Under the pieces are notes generated by a model. That model had not been told where the DNA came from. It ran no database searches and saw only the letters and a program-made list of their open reading frames with translations. Positions 1 through 12,043 of a stretch of DNA of 64,000 nucleotides are shown one piece after another (position 1 is the first letter of the stretch; each line of letters starts with the position of its first letter). Position numbers and translations under genes: made by a program. This DNA comes from Thermoanaerobaculia bacterium (GTDB taxonomy: Bacteria; Acidobacteriota; Thermoanaerobaculia; UBA5066), in contig CAWFJJ010000029.1 in NCBI GenBank assembly GCA_963816185.1, positions 224,001-288,000 of the forward strand, in the 5' to 3' direction.

Positions 1-1208
1 GGCGCGGCCCCACGAGGGACATCTCGCCCCGCAGGACGTTCCAGAGCTGGGGGACCTCGTCGAACGAGAAGCGGCGGATGAGGCGTCCGAAAGCGGTGAG
101 ACGCGGGTCGTTCGCCGCCTTGAAGACGGGGCCGTCGTGCTCGTTCAGGTGCGCGACGCCGGGCAGAAGCTCCTCCGCTCCTTCGATCATCGTGCGCAGC
201 TTGACGAGCGTGAAGGGGCGGCCGTTCAGCCCGCAGCGCGTCTGACGGAAGAGCACCGGCCCCCGCGACGTGAGCTTGATGACGAGCGCCGCGAGCGTGA
301 CGGGTACGAAGGACACGAGGCCGATGAGGACGGACAGGAAAATGTCGACCGTTCGTTTGACGAGGAGGGCGAAGGCCTTCTCCCGGGGTCGTCGAGAACG
401 TCAGGAGCGGCGTCCCCTCGAGCTCCTCGAGCTCCACGCGCGCGAGGACGTGAGGGAAGAAATCGAGCACGAGCCGCGTCTTGACGCCCATCTCCTCGCA
501 AAGCAGGAAGATGTCCTCGAGCTTCGGCAGGTCTCCGCGATCCACCGCGAGGATGACCTCGTCGATGGTGAACTCCGTGAGGACCTTCGGAAAATCCTGA
601 AGGGAGCCGAGAAGCGGGACGCCGTTGGCAGTCGTCGTCTGGCCGTCCTCGGCGGGCTTCTCGCGCAGGAGGCCGAGGAGCTTCAACCCCCACCACGGAT
701 GCTCGCGGATGAGGCGGGCCATGGACGCAGCCCGCGGCGTGTCCCCGACGAGGACGACGGTGCGGAAATTGAAGCCGAGCGACCGCACGCGGCGGGCCAC
801 GAGACGGACCGTGACGCGCTCGGACACGAGGAAAAGGACGTTCACGACGAAGAAGATGGCGAGAAACGGCCGCGAGATGAAGTCCCAGCGGGCGCCGAAG
901 ACGACGAGGGCGAGCAGGAGGCTTCCGAAGAACGAAGTGCGGGTCATGAGCGCGACTTCGTCCTTGAGGCGCAGCGTGCGGTGGCTGCGATATGCGCCTT
1001 CCAGGAAGAGGAGGCCCGAGAAGATCAGCACGGTGGGTCCCACGAGGACGAGGTACCAGTTGAAGTCGTAGAGCGGCGTCAGCCGGCTGAAGACGTGCGG
1101 CAGGAGCTCGCTTCGGAGCACATACGCCACGGGCAGCGTCGCGAGCGTGACGCTGAGGTCGGCCGCGTACAGGAGCGTGGCGATCGTCCGGGCTTGCTGC
1201 TTCAGCAT
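1..1208 (-). CDS. Polyprenyl glycosylphosphotransferase (priming sugar transferase), 3'-truncated by the window edge, apparent frameshift near 380
   Basis: Read manually: MLKQQARTIATLLYAADL..., several TM segments, then ...KRTVDIF... and NDPRLTAFGRLIRRFSFDEVPQLWNVLRGEMSLVGPR, the bacterial sugar-transferase signature. Confidence 0.85.
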   Translation of the reverse strand, partial: MLKQQARTIATLLYAADLSVTLATLPVAYVLRSELLPHVFSRLTPLYDFNWYLVLVGPTVLIFSGLLFLEGAYRSHRTLRLKDEVALMTRTSFFGSLLLALVVFGARWDFISRPFLAIFFVVNVLFLVSERVTVRLVARRVRSLGFNFRTVVLVGDTPRAASMARLIREHPWWGLKLLGLLREKPAEDGQTTTANGVPLLGSLQDFPKVLTEFTIDEVILAVDRGDLPKLEDIFLLCEEMGVKTRLVLDFFPHVLARVELEELEGTPLLTFSTTPGEGLRPPRQTNGRHFPVRPHRPRVLRTRHARGARHQAHVAGAGALPSDALRAERPPLHARQAAHDDRRSGGASARRRAPERARRPRLQGGERPASHRFRTPHPPLLVRRGPPALERPAGRDVPRGAA

Positions 1209-1265
1209 TCGGGGACGGGAGCTTCCCCGCCGCCCCGATCCTAGCAAGGGCGCGCGTTTCAAGCC

Positions 1266-2372
1266 TCAGGGACCCGTCAGGAGCGCCTCATACGCGTTCG
1301 CCACCGCCTCCCAACGGTAATCCCGAAGGGCGCGCTCGAGCGCCGCCCGGCCCGAGCGCTCCCGCGCCGAGGGGTCCGACAGCAGCGCCGTCAGAGACGC
1401 AGCGAGGGCCTCGGCGCTTCGCGCGTTCACGTAGAGCGCGGCCTCCCCGGCCGCCTCGCGATTCTCGGGGGTGTCGTGGACGACGAGCGGCCTGCCGAAC
1501 CCCATCGCCTCGACGAGCGCCGGGTGCGTGCCCCCGACTTCCGTCGCGTGCACGTAGACCGCGGCGTGTTGGAGGAGCTCGCGATACGCGTCCCCGTAAA
1601 GCGCTCCGGGGAGGAAGACTCGCGGGTCGAGAGCGGCCTCAGAGCGGATCTGCGCGAGATAGGAGTCCGCGTAGGGGGCCGCACCCACCAGGACGAGCTT
1701 CGTTTCGCCCGGCACGCGGCGGAACGCGCGTACGACGGCGTCCGCATTGTTCTCCGGCTCGAAGCGCGAGACGTAGAGCACGTAGCCGCCGCTCTGAAGG
1801 CCGAGGCGCTCGAGCGTCGCGAGGGAGGTGGAAGGAGGGAGGTCGGAGCCGTACGGAATGAACACGGACTCCTTTCCGTACCGCTCGCGGTAGTAGGTCT
1901 GGATCGCGCGGGCATCCGTCACGACGGCGTCCGGCATCACGCACGAGAGCCGCTCCGAGAGCGCGTAGACGAGCCGCCCGAGGCGATTCCACTTGCGGCG
2001 GTTCCGCTCGAGGCCGTCCACGTTCAGGACGATGCGCGTCGGCGTCCCGAGAAGACGCGGCAGACGGCAGAGGAGGGCATTGGCGCCGTTGCAGACGAGA
2101 ACGGCGTCATAGCCCTCTGCCGCGGCATGGAGGCCCGAGAGCGCCGAATGGACCGCCGTGTCGAAGTATTTCAGGCGGACCGTCGGAAGGTGGACGACGC
2201 GTGCCCCGCGGTGGGTCGAAACGACGGAGCCGACGCCGTGCGGCCGTGCATAGACCGTGACGTCGTGCCCGCGGCCGGCCAGCCGGGCGGAGAGCTCCTC
2301 GGCAAGCGTCTCGAAACCTCCGTACGCGGCGGGAATGCCGCGCGTCCCGACTGACTGCGAACCATCCTTCAT
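1266..2372 (-). CDS. Glycosyltransferase family 4 (GT-B)
   Basis: GTRGIPAAYGGFET N-terminal motif, SRFEPENN, EVGGTHPALVEAMG. Confidence 0.9.
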   Translation of the reverse strand: MKDGSQSVGTRGIPAAYGGFETLAEELSARLAGRGHDVTVYARPHGVGSVVSTHRGARVVHLPTVRLKYFDTAVHSALSGLHAAAEGYDAVLVCNGANALLCRLPRLLGTPTRIVLNVDGLERNRRKWNRLGRLVYALSERLSCVMPDAVVTDARAIQTYYRERYGKESVFIPYGSDLPPSTSLATLERLGLQSGGYVLYVSRFEPENNADAVVRAFRRVPGETKLVLVGAAPYADSYLAQIRSEAALDPRVFLPGALYGDAYRELLQHAAVYVHATEVGGTHPALVEAMGFGRPLVVHDTPENREAAGEAALYVNARSAEALAASLTALLSDPSARERSGRAALERALRDYRWEAVANAYEALLTGP

Positions 2373-3396
2373 GCGCCGGCGCGCGCCCCTCCTCTTCGGA
2401 GGTGAACCAGGGCAGGAGCGCGCGGTCGGTCACGGTGCGCGCGGCGCGAATCGCGGCGCGCTTTTCGAGAAGGCGCGTGCGGTTCTCCGCGAGCCAGCGG
2501 AGGGCCGGCAAAGAGCTCCGCTCCACCGTCAGGCACGCGGCGACGACGACGAGATCACGGACGAACGTGCCTGCGAACGTCGCCTTGAGGTGCTCTTTTC
2601 CCGCATTGTTGATCCGGAGCAGGAAGCGGTTCTTGACGGAATGGAGATTCGCCGCGGGTGACATCTCGCGGCGCCTCTCGGGCAGGTTGCGCCGTCGATG
2701 CCACGCCCGGGCGGCGGGGACGCAGCGCGCGGTCCAACCGCGCCCGCGGAGCCGCCACGCGAGGTCCACGTCCTCGCGGTAGAGAAAGAAGTCGTCGTCG
2801 AAAAAGCCCGTCGCGACCTTCACGTCTTCGAGCGCGGCCGTCCGGTAGAGCGCGACGCAGCCCGAGACGCCGAAAACCTCCGCTCCGCCGTCGTAGCGCC
2901 CGTCGTCCGGAAGGCCCGCACCGATGTCGAAGTGCCGGCCGTTCTTCGTCATGCGGATCCCGACCGTGTCGAGCACGGTCGTGGGAACGAGGTCGGCGCC
3001 GTCGGCCCTCAGGATCTTTCCGGTGAAGGCGCCGGCGCGGGCGTTTTCCGGCCTCTCGGCTTCGTCGAGAAGGCGGTCGAGAAAATCGGGCGCGAGGACG
3101 ACGTCGGAATTGAGGACGAGGACCCACGCGCTCCGAGCCTCCACGGCCTTGCCGATCGCGAGGTTGTGGCCCCCCGTGTAGCCGAGATTCTCGCGCGAGG
3201 CGACGACCGCGAGGGGGACGGGAGTCACCTTCTCGAACGCGGCGAACGTGGAGCGGGTGCCGTCCTCCGACGCGTTGTCCACAGCCACGATCGAAAAATC
3301 CCGGAACGTCTGCGCGAAGAGGGACGGCAGCAGACGCTCGACGTCACGGGACTCGTTGTGCGTGACGATCGAGACGAGAACACGCGGGCCCGTCAC
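2369..3396 (-). CDS. Glycosyltransferase family 2 (as sequenced the frame runs on to 2107; the true stop is probably near 2369)
   Basis: VTGPRVLVSIVTHN, VDNASEDGT, NLGYTGGHN, LNSD, FFLYREDVDLAWR. Confidence 0.85.
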
Positions 3397-4343
3397 GAGG
3401 AGGGCCCTCCCTTGAGGAGCGCCGAGCGCCAGCCGAAGCCGAGAAGCCCGCGGGCGACGCGCGCATGGGCTTCCGCCGCGTCTCTTCGCGGGTGGTCGGG
3501 CAGGACGAAGGGAAGGAGCGCGAGTCTCAAGGCCGCGCCCGCGAGCGTCGCGGCACGCGCAACGGCGTTCGCCCCGGGCGAGGCGTGGCGCGCGAGGTAG
3601 CGAAAGAGATTCCGGACGTAGACGGGGCGGAAATCGCGGTAGGGGAGCGCCTGCATCGTGACTCCGCCCACGTGCGTGGCGCGGCCCTCGGGAACGTACC
3701 GGATCCGCCGGCCCGACTCCAGCAGGCGCGCGCAGAGATCCACATCCTCGAACCACGCGGGCGTGAAGGCGGCATCGAAGCCCGAGAGCGCTTCGAACGC
3801 GTCGCGCCTCACGAGCAGGGCCGCAGCGGCGGGCTGCTCGACGTCGAAAGCCGCGCTTCGGTCCTCGTCGAGGTAGCGGTCGCGGCGAAAGCCCGCGTTG
3901 TTCGGGAAGAGGCGGTCGACGAGAAACGCCTCGCGCACGAGCGCGCGTGCCGACGGGAGGCGGCGGAGCTGAAAGCGGTCCTGGCCGTCGCCCTCGAGCC
4001 GTGGCGCCACGGCGGCAACGGCGGGGTCCGCGTCGAGCGCGGCGAGGAGCGCGGCGAGAGTCCGCGCGCCGTCCACGAGGGCGGCGTCGGGATTCAGGAA
4101 GAGGATCGTCTCCGACGGTCCGCCTTCGAGCGCGGCGCGGTTGCACGCGGGGCCGAAGCCGAGATTCGCACCGGCTTCGATCACGCGCGCGCCCGCCTTT
4201 CGGGCGGCGTCCGCCGAGCCGTCCGACGAGGCGTTGTCGACGACGACGACGGGCACGCCCTCGGGCACGGAGCCGATCGCGTCGCTCAGGTGAGCGGCGG
4301 AGTTCCAGGACACGATGGCGACGAGGACGCGCGGGACGGTCAA
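3393..4343 (-). CDS. Glycosyltransferase family 2
   Basis: C-terminal part of ORF 3393..5525: VAIVSWNS, VVDNASSDGS, NLGFGPACN, LNPD, WFEDVDLC; TTG start at 4343. Confidence 0.85.
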   Translation of the reverse strand: MTVPRVLVAIVSWNSAAHLSDAIGSVPEGVPVVVVDNASSDGSADAARKAGARVIEAGANLGFGPACNRAALEGGPSETILFLNPDAALVDGARTLAALLAALDADPAVAAVAPRLEGDGQDRFQLRRLPSARALVREAFLVDRLFPNNAGFRRDRYLDEDRSAAFDVEQPAAAALLVRRDAFEALSGFDAAFTPAWFEDVDLCARLLESGRRIRYVPEGRATHVGGVTMQALPYRDFRPVYVRNLFRYLARHASPGANAVARAATLAGAALRLALLPFVLPDHPRRDAAEAHARVARGLLGFGWRSALLKGGPSS

Positions 4344-4375
4344 AGCCGGACGATGATAGTTAGAATGCCGCTCCC

Positions 4376-5666
<1,291 letters not shown>

Positions 5667-5678
5667 CGGCGGGCGAAA

Positions 5679-5767
<89 letters not shown>

Positions 5768-5836
5768 ACGCAGAGCTCATTCTCCATCACGATTATCTAC
5801 TGTCCCTGCTAGACTTCGCGGCCCGGGCCCTCACGC

Positions 5837-5930
5837 GGACAGGTGGGTGAGTGGCTTAAACCAGCGGTTTGCTAAACCGCCGTAGGGCTTTAAATCCTTA
5901 CCGGGGGTTCGAATCCCCCCCTGTCCGCCA
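5837..5930 (+). tRNA. tRNA-Ser (GCT)
   Basis: GGACAGGTGGGTGAGTGG...GCGGT TTGCTAA ACCGC...long variable arm...GGTTCGAATCCCCCCCTGTCCGCCA. Confidence 0.95.
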
Positions 5931-6023
5931 TATGAGTCGTCCTGTGGGAGAGGGAAACTTTCGTCCCTCGAATCCCGTAACAGGCGGAGGAGTCAACGTG
6001 TTGCGAGAGAAGGGAGTCCTTCG

Positions 6024-7301
6024 ATGACCACGCGGATCAAGGTCGCGATCGGGGTGGCCGTCGCCCTCGTCCTCGCTCTTGTCGTCTATGCCTCGATCAG
6101 GAGCCGGGACAAGAACGTCGTGCGCGTCACGACGGCGAAAGTTGCGAAGGCCCCGCTCGTCGCGACCGTGAGCTGCAACGGCCGCGTCCAGGCCAAGACG
6201 AAGGTCGACATCTCGTCGCAGGTCATGGGACAGATCGTGACGCTCGCGGTGGTCGAAGGAGAGCACGTCAAGAAGGGCGACCTCCTCCTCCAGATCGACA
6301 AGGTCCAGTACGACGCGGGCGCGCAGGCGACCCAGGCGGGTCTCGACGCTCTCTTCGCGCAGCTGCAGTCGGACAAGTTCACGCGGGAGCAGGCCGAGCG
6401 CGACCTCGAGCGCACGAAGAAGAACTTCGAGGCGCACATCGAATCCGAGCAGAACCTCCAGAAAGCCCAGCTCGCGCTCGACTCGGCGAAAGCGAACGAG
6501 CTCGCAGACGAGCGCCGGATCGAGCAGGCACGGGCGAACCTCCTCGCGAACAAGGACAGCCTGAAGAAGACGACGATCACGTCTCCCATCGACGGCGTCG
6601 TCACGGCGAAGCCCGTCGAGCAAGGCGAGAACGCGATCGTCGGGACGATGAACAACCCGGGGACGGTGCTCTTGACCGTGTCGGACATGTCGGTCGTCGA
6701 GGGCGAGATGGAGGTCGACGAGACAGACATTCCGCACGTGAAGATCGGCCAGAAGGCGAAGCTCACGTTCGACGCCTATCCCGACAAGAAGTTCGACGGC
6801 GTCGTGACCGAGATGGGCGGCAGTCCGATCACGAAGTCCGCGCTCGGCACGGATTCGTCGGCCGTCAACTTCATCGTGAAGGTCCAGGTCGAGAACCCGC
6901 CCGCGAACATCCGGCCGGGCTTCTCGGTCTCCGGCAAGATCGAGACCGACCGGCGCGCCGCCGCGCTCGCGATTCCGATTCCGGCCCTCGTGGTCGCCGA
7001 CCCGGCGTCGCTCGTGCGCCCGAAGGGCAAGAAGCCGACGCCCGTCCCGACGCCCGTCGCCACGGCCGAAAAGAAGAAGGACGTGGAGGGCGTCTTCGTC
7101 GTGAAGAAGGACGGAGCGGTCGATTTCCGGCCGGTCAAGACCGGGATCAACGCCGACCTGCAGACCGAGGTCGTCGAGGGGCTCTCGGACGGCGAGGAGA
7201 TCGTCACAGGGCCTTTCAAGGCGCTTCGCACTCTCAAGATCGGGGACCGCGTCAAGGTCGACAATTCCGTGGCGGGTCCGGACGCCGCGAAGAAGTCCTG
7301 A
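6024..7301 (+). CDS. Periplasmic adaptor / membrane fusion protein (MacA/HlyD-like)
   Basis: N-terminal TM anchor, VEGEHVKKGDLL lipoyl-like motif, coiled coil, ITSPIDGVV, VDETDI. Confidence 0.9.
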   Translation: MTTRIKVAIGVAVALVLALVVYASIRSRDKNVVRVTTAKVAKAPLVATVSCNGRVQAKTKVDISSQVMGQIVTLAVVEGEHVKKGDLLLQIDKVQYDAGAQATQAGLDALFAQLQSDKFTREQAERDLERTKKNFEAHIESEQNLQKAQLALDSAKANELADERRIEQARANLLANKDSLKKTTITSPIDGVVTAKPVEQGENAIVGTMNNPGTVLLTVSDMSVVEGEMEVDETDIPHVKIGQKAKLTFDAYPDKKFDGVVTEMGGSPITKSALGTDSSAVNFIVKVQVENPPANIRPGFSVSGKIETDRRAAALAIPIPALVVADPASLVRPKGKKPTPVPTPVATAEKKKDVEGVFVVKKDGAVDFRPVKTGINADLQTEVVEGLSDGEEIVTGPFKALRTLKIGDRVKVDNSVAGPDAAKKS

Positions 7302-7314
7302 CGAAGAGGCCGGC

Positions 7315-8535
7315 ATGCTGATCGGAGAGCTCCTGCGCGTTGCGTGGAAAGCGGTCACGGCGCACAAGCTCCGCTCGTTCCTCACGCTGTTGGGAGTCAT
7401 CATCGGCGTCATGACGGTCATCGCCGTCGTGGCCGTCATCTCGGGTCTCAACAACTACGTCGCGACGAAGATCTTCTCGCTGTCGCCCGACGTCTACGTG
7501 GTCACGCGCTGGGGAATCATCACGTCGCACGAAGGTTTCCTCGACGCACTCAAGAGGAAGCCGATCAAGAAGCCCGATTTCGACCAGGTCGTGCGCCTCG
7601 CGCGCCTCGCGGAGAAGATCGGCGCGCAGTCGGGGACGCTGCAGCTCGTCAAGTACGAAAATCACCGCCTCTCGGACGTCCAGGTCCAGGGAACGACGGC
7701 GAACATGAGCGAGATCCGGAATCTCGACCTCGAGTCCGGGCGCTTCTTCACCGAGACGGAGAACGAGCACCGCGCGTACGTGGCCGTCATCGGCTCCGAC
7801 GTGCGCGAGGAGCTGTTTCCGCGCGTCGACCCGATCGGCCGCACGATCGCGATCGGCGGGACCTCGTTCCGGGTCATCGGCCTCCTGATGAAGCAGGGCT
7901 CCATCCTCGGTCAGAGCCAGGACAACGTCGCGTACGTCCCGCGCGAGACGCTCTGCAAGGTCTGGGGGGCGAATCGCCAGCTCGGGATCTACATTCAGGC
8001 GAAGGGCGGCGTGCCCGGCGTGCCGGCGTCGATGGACGAGATCCGGACGATCTTCCGGGCGATCCGCCATACGGAACCGCAGGCGCCGGACCCGGTCGCC
8101 TTCGTGAACGCGGACGCGGTGCAGGTCGTCTGGAAGGCGATCACGGCGGCCGCCTTCGCCCTTCTCGTCTTCATCAGCGGGATTTCGCTCGTCGTCGGCG
8201 CGATCGTGATCGCGAACATCATGCTCGTGTCCGTCATCGAACGGACGAAGGAGATCGGCCTGCGCCTCGCGGTCGGGGCCCGCAAGAGGGACGTCCTCTT
8301 CCAGTTCCTCCTCGAGGCCGGCCTCCTCGCGCTCGGCGGCGGCTGCCTCGGCGTCTTCTTCGGGTGGATCGTCGCGCTCTGCGTGGACGCGTTCACGCCT
8401 CTTCCGACGCTCGTCACGCCCGGCCTCGTCGTGTCGGGGCTCGTCCTCGCGACCCTGACGGGCGTCATCGCCGGCGTCTTTCCGGCCATCAAGGCGAGTC
8501 GGCTCACGCCGATCGAAGCTTTGAGATACGAATGA
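7315..8535 (+). CDS. ABC transporter permease (MacB/FtsX family)
   Basis: KLRSFLTLLGVIIGV, ANIMLVSVIERTKEIGLRLAVGA, PIEALRYE. Confidence 0.92.
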   Translation: MLIGELLRVAWKAVTAHKLRSFLTLLGVIIGVMTVIAVVAVISGLNNYVATKIFSLSPDVYVVTRWGIITSHEGFLDALKRKPIKKPDFDQVVRLARLAEKIGAQSGTLQLVKYENHRLSDVQVQGTTANMSEIRNLDLESGRFFTETENEHRAYVAVIGSDVREELFPRVDPIGRTIAIGGTSFRVIGLLMKQGSILGQSQDNVAYVPRETLCKVWGANRQLGIYIQAKGGVPGVPASMDEIRTIFRAIRHTEPQAPDPVAFVNADAVQVVWKAITAAAFALLVFISGISLVVGAIVIANIMLVSVIERTKEIGLRLAVGARKRDVLFQFLLEAGLLALGGGCLGVFFGWIVALCVDAFTPLPTLVTPGLVVSGLVLATLTGVIAGVFPAIKASRLTPIEALRYE

Positions 8536-9803
8536 CGAACATCCTCGAGACGTTTCGCCGCGTCGTCTCCGAGAACCTGCGGTTCGCGCTGACGGCCCTC
8601 CGCGCGCACAAGCTGCGCGCCTTCCTGACGATGTTCGGCATCGTCATCGGCGTCTGGACCGTGATCGGGATGGTCGCTCTCGTGACCGGCTTCGACCGGT
8701 CCCAGACCGAGGCGTTCTCGTCCTTCGGCACGACCCTCGTGCAGTTCCAGAAGTTCGAGCCGCGTTTCGGGCCGGGCCGGCGCTCGGAGGAGGAGCGGAA
8801 ACGCAAGGACCTCACGATCGAGGACGCCGACGCTCTTCAGCAGCTCTGTCCTTCCATCCTCGCCGTCTCCCCGGAGCGGTACATGTGGACCCCCTCGCAA
8901 GTGAAGGGGAACGGCAACGAGGCGAACTCCCCGCAGATCGCGGGCGGCAACCAGAACTACGCGATCTGCAACAACTGGTCGATTCAGGACGGCCGAAACG
9001 TCACCGACCTCGACGTCCTCCACGCGACGGACACGTGCGTCATCGGACAGGACGTCTCGGAAGCCCTCTTTAAGGGTACGGACCCGCTCGGGCAGATGAT
9101 CTCGGTCAACGGCAAGCGCCTCCAGGTCGTCGGCACGTTCGAGAAGAAGGGCTCCTCGGGCTTCGGCGGCCAGCCCGACAACATCGTCCTGATGCCGATC
9201 TCGACGTTCGACCGCCATTTTCCGCAGACGAAGAACTCGCACGACGACACAATCCACATCGCGACGATCCCGCGCTCGCCCGAGCTCGTCGACCGCGTGA
9301 TCGAGGAAGGCACGACCGTCCTCAGGACGCGGCGCAAGGTTCCGTTCAACGCGCCGAACGATTTCGCAATCTTCACCGCCGAGAAGCTGCTCGCCCAGAT
9401 GCAGTCCGTCACGAACGCGATCTCGGGCGTCATGGTCCTCATTGCGGCGATCGCGCTCGTCGTGGGCGGGGTGGGCGTCATGAACATCATGCTCGTCTCG
9501 GTGACCGAGAGGACGAGGGAGATCGGCCTTCGCAAGGCGGTCGGTGCGCTCAGGCGGGACATCTCGCTTCAGTTTCTGACCGAGGCGATGACGCTGACCG
9601 CCCTCGGGGGCCTCGTGGGCGTCGGCCTCGGCCTTCTGACCGCTCTCGTCGTGCGCCTCGTCTCGAGCCTTCGCACGGCGACGCCGCTCTGGAGCATCTT
9701 CCTCGGGCTCGGCGTCTCGGTCTCGATCGGCCTTTTCTTCGGGATCTACCCGGCCATGAAGGCCGCGCGCCTCGATCCCATCGACGCCCTGCGGTACGAG
9801 TAG
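8532..9803 (+). CDS. ABC transporter permease (MacB/FtsX family)
   Basis: ATG overlaps the previous TGA; KLRAFLTMFGIVIGV, MNIMLVSVTERTREIGLRKAVGA, DPIDALRYE. Confidence 0.92.
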   Translation: MTNILETFRRVVSENLRFALTALRAHKLRAFLTMFGIVIGVWTVIGMVALVTGFDRSQTEAFSSFGTTLVQFQKFEPRFGPGRRSEEERKRKDLTIEDADALQQLCPSILAVSPERYMWTPSQVKGNGNEANSPQIAGGNQNYAICNNWSIQDGRNVTDLDVLHATDTCVIGQDVSEALFKGTDPLGQMISVNGKRLQVVGTFEKKGSSGFGGQPDNIVLMPISTFDRHFPQTKNSHDDTIHIATIPRSPELVDRVIEEGTTVLRTRRKVPFNAPNDFAIFTAEKLLAQMQSVTNAISGVMVLIAAIALVVGGVGVMNIMLVSVTERTREIGLRKAVGALRRDISLQFLTEAMTLTALGGLVGVGLGLLTALVVRLVSSLRTATPLWSIFLGLGVSVSIGLFFGIYPAMKAARLDPIDALRYE

Positions 9804-9825
9804 AAACTCCGCTACCATTCCCGCC

Positions 9826-10182
9826 GTGGCGCCGGTCCCGAAAAACCTTCAGGTGCTCGGCGACGAGCTCGCGATCGCCTGGAACGACGGGGAAGAGTCG
9901 TACCTCAAGCTCGCCGACCTTCGCCGGCTCTGCCCGTGCGCGGAGTGCCAGGGCGAGCGCGACCTGTTGGGACGCCTCATGAAACCGCCCGCGCGGCCGC
10001 TGACCGCCGAGTCGTATCAGGTGCGCGGCACTTCGCCCGTGGGCGGTTATGCGCTCCAGATCTTCTGGGCGGACGGCCACGCCGACGGTCTCTACACGTA
10101 CGAGAGGCTGCGCGAGTGGGGCGAGAATCCTCCCGAGCTTCCGCCCCTTACGACCGCGTTCCCTCTGCTCCCGGTGCGCTGA
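9826..10182 (+). CDS. DUF971-like small protein
   Basis: LRRLCPCAEC, PVGGYALQIFWADGH, GLYTY. Confidence 0.8.
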   Translation: MAPVPKNLQVLGDELAIAWNDGEESYLKLADLRRLCPCAECQGERDLLGRLMKPPARPLTAESYQVRGTSPVGGYALQIFWADGHADGLYTYERLREWGENPPELPPLTTAFPLLPVR

Positions 10183-10185
10183 GCC

Positions 10186-11325
10186 TCAGGGCTTCTTCGC
10201 CTCGAGCGCCTTTTTCGCGCTTTTCGAGAGGTCCGGCAGGTGCTTGCCTTTCGTGACCTCGAGATAGAGCGAGACGACCGCGCGCGGGCCGGCTTGGAGA
10301 GCGGAGAGGTACTTCTCGCGCCCCGCCAGCCGCAGGATCGCGTCGGTCATGTGCGCCCCCACGATCGCGGGATAGCGATTCCAGAAGTCGCCCTTGCTCG
10401 CGTTCGCGAGGAGCTCCTGCCGGTCGGATTCTTTCTTCTTCCCTTCGAGGAGCAGGTCCGCCGCGCGATTCCACCGCGAATACGCTCGAACGATGGGCTC
10501 CTCCAGGAGCGGGACGATCGGAAAGAAGTCGTCGGGGATGAGAAAGAGCGTCGGCGGGCCTTCTTCGATCGTCCGTGCGAGAAGCGCGTCGAAATCGGCG
10601 GCCCTCTCGTCGGGCCAGGCAGGCGCTTTTCGCACGTGCGCGTCGAAGAGCGTGCGCCAGCCTTCGGCGGAGGCGGCACGCAGGAGCTTCAGGACGACTT
10701 CCCGCGGCATCGGCGCGGTGGCGAGATCGCCCGTGAGGCGCGGCAGGTCCGCGGAGAGGACGAGCGAATCCCCGTCACGAACGCTGGTGACCTCGGCGAA
10801 GCCCGAGACCCCGAGAAAGGGCACGACGACGAATGACGCCGTGATGGGGGCTCCCGAGGGCAAAAGCGACGCGATGCGCCGGCCCTCCAAGACGGCCCCG
10901 GACGCCCCGTCCGTCTCGATCGCATCGAGGACGCGAGTGAAGTACGGAATCTTCGCGACGAACGTCGACAGGAGCGGGTCCGGCGTCCCGGCGATCGTCG
11001 AGACGAGGCGGCCGTAGAAATCGTCGGGGGAGAGGCCTTCGGCACGAATCGCCGCCGTGGCGTTCGCGGAAGCCTTGAGGTGCCGGAGCGTTGCCGGAGC
11101 GTCCGGAGACCCGCCGAGGAGCGCGAGGACGTCGCGCGCGGGAGCGGTATCGACCGTGAACGACAGCCGGTGCGGCGTCTGGGCCGCGAGGTCGAAGGGC
11201 GGGCCCGCCGGACGAGCGGCCGGCGGCGCCTCGGCCGCTCCCGCCGCGAATGGCGCGGTCGCGAGCGCGGCCGCGGCTGCCAAGGCAGGCAAGATCAGTA
11301 GGGGAGAGCGACTCGAGTCAGCCAA
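10186..11325 (-). CDS. Exported hypothetical protein
   Basis: C-terminal part of ORF 10186..11583; signal-like LLILPALAAAAALATAPFAAGA; TTG start overlaps the upstream gene's stop. Confidence 0.65.
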   Translation of the reverse strand: MADSSRSPLLILPALAAAAALATAPFAAGAAEAPPAARPAGPPFDLAAQTPHRLSFTVDTAPARDVLALLGGSPDAPATLRHLKASANATAAIRAEGLSPDDFYGRLVSTIAGTPDPLLSTFVAKIPYFTRVLDAIETDGASGAVLEGRRIASLLPSGAPITASFVVVPFLGVSGFAEVTSVRDGDSLVLSADLPRLTGDLATAPMPREVVLKLLRAASAEGWRTLFDAHVRKAPAWPDERAADFDALLARTIEEGPPTLFLIPDDFFPIVPLLEEPIVRAYSRWNRAADLLLEGKKKESDRQELLANASKGDFWNRYPAIVGAHMTDAILRLAGREKYLSALQAGPRAVVSLYLEVTKGKHLPDLSKSAKKALEAKKP

Positions 11326-12043
11326 GGATCGCCTCCACGGCTCGAGGTGTGTCGGAAAAATCGGCGAGAAGGGCGTGCGCGCCCGCGGCGGCAAGCGCGG
11401 GAAGCGCGGTGCGCCCCGTGCCCACGGCCACGGCGCGCGCTCCGAACGCGAGGCCGCACGCGACGTCGTGTCGCGAGTCACCCACGACGACGCACTCGGA
11501 GCCCGTGAAGGCCATACCCGTGGCGGGCCGGGCACGCCTGAGCGCGACGGGCCCCAGCTCCTCGCGACGGGTGGCGTCGTCACCCCAGACGCCGAACGTG
11601 AAGCGGTGCCAGATGCCCGCGAAGCCCAGCTTCAGCCGCGCGCCGCGTTCCAGGTTTCCCGTCAGGAGCGCGAGGACGAGACCGGGCACGTTCTCGAGCT
11701 CGTCGAGGAGAGCGAGGACGCCGGGCTTGAGGACGGGGGGACGCTCGTTGAGCGCGAGCTCGAGCCGGTCGAGATAGAGCGCGAGCGCATCCGCACGGCG
11801 GGCGGTGATCGTCGCGTCGGCCACGCCGGCCGCGCGCATGAGGTCGGTCACGATGAGCGGATCGAGGCGCCCCTCGAAGGTGTAGCCCTCGACGTCCCCG
11901 CTCGTGCCGTAGACGTCCTGGAGCGCGGACGCGAAGGTCGTCCGTGCGTCCGCGCCGGTCGAGAGAAGCGTGCCGTCGATGTCGAACAGGACGAGGCGCT
12001 TCGTCGCGGCGACGGCGCCCGGCGGGAGCCTCGTTGCGCTCAT
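11318..12043 (-). CDS. HAD-superfamily hydrolase
   Basis: LVLFDIDGTLL motif I, LLTGN, VVVGDSRHD. Confidence 0.9.
   Translation of the reverse strand: MSATRLPPGAVAATKRLVLFDIDGTLLSTGADARTTFASALQDVYGTSGDVEGYTFEGRLDPLIVTDLMRAAGVADATITARRADALALYLDRLELALNERPPVLKPGVLALLDELENVPGLVLALLTGNLERGARLKLGFAGIWHRFTFGVWGDDATRREELGPVALRRARPATGMAFTGSECVVVGDSRHDVACGLAFGARAVAVGTGRTALPALAAAGAHALLADFSDTPRAVEAILG

Noticed and set aside
2107-2372. Long overlap of the GT2 ORF into the GT4 gene
   Set aside because: The odd GT4 N-terminus and missing GT2 stop are best explained by local sequence error near 2350-2400.
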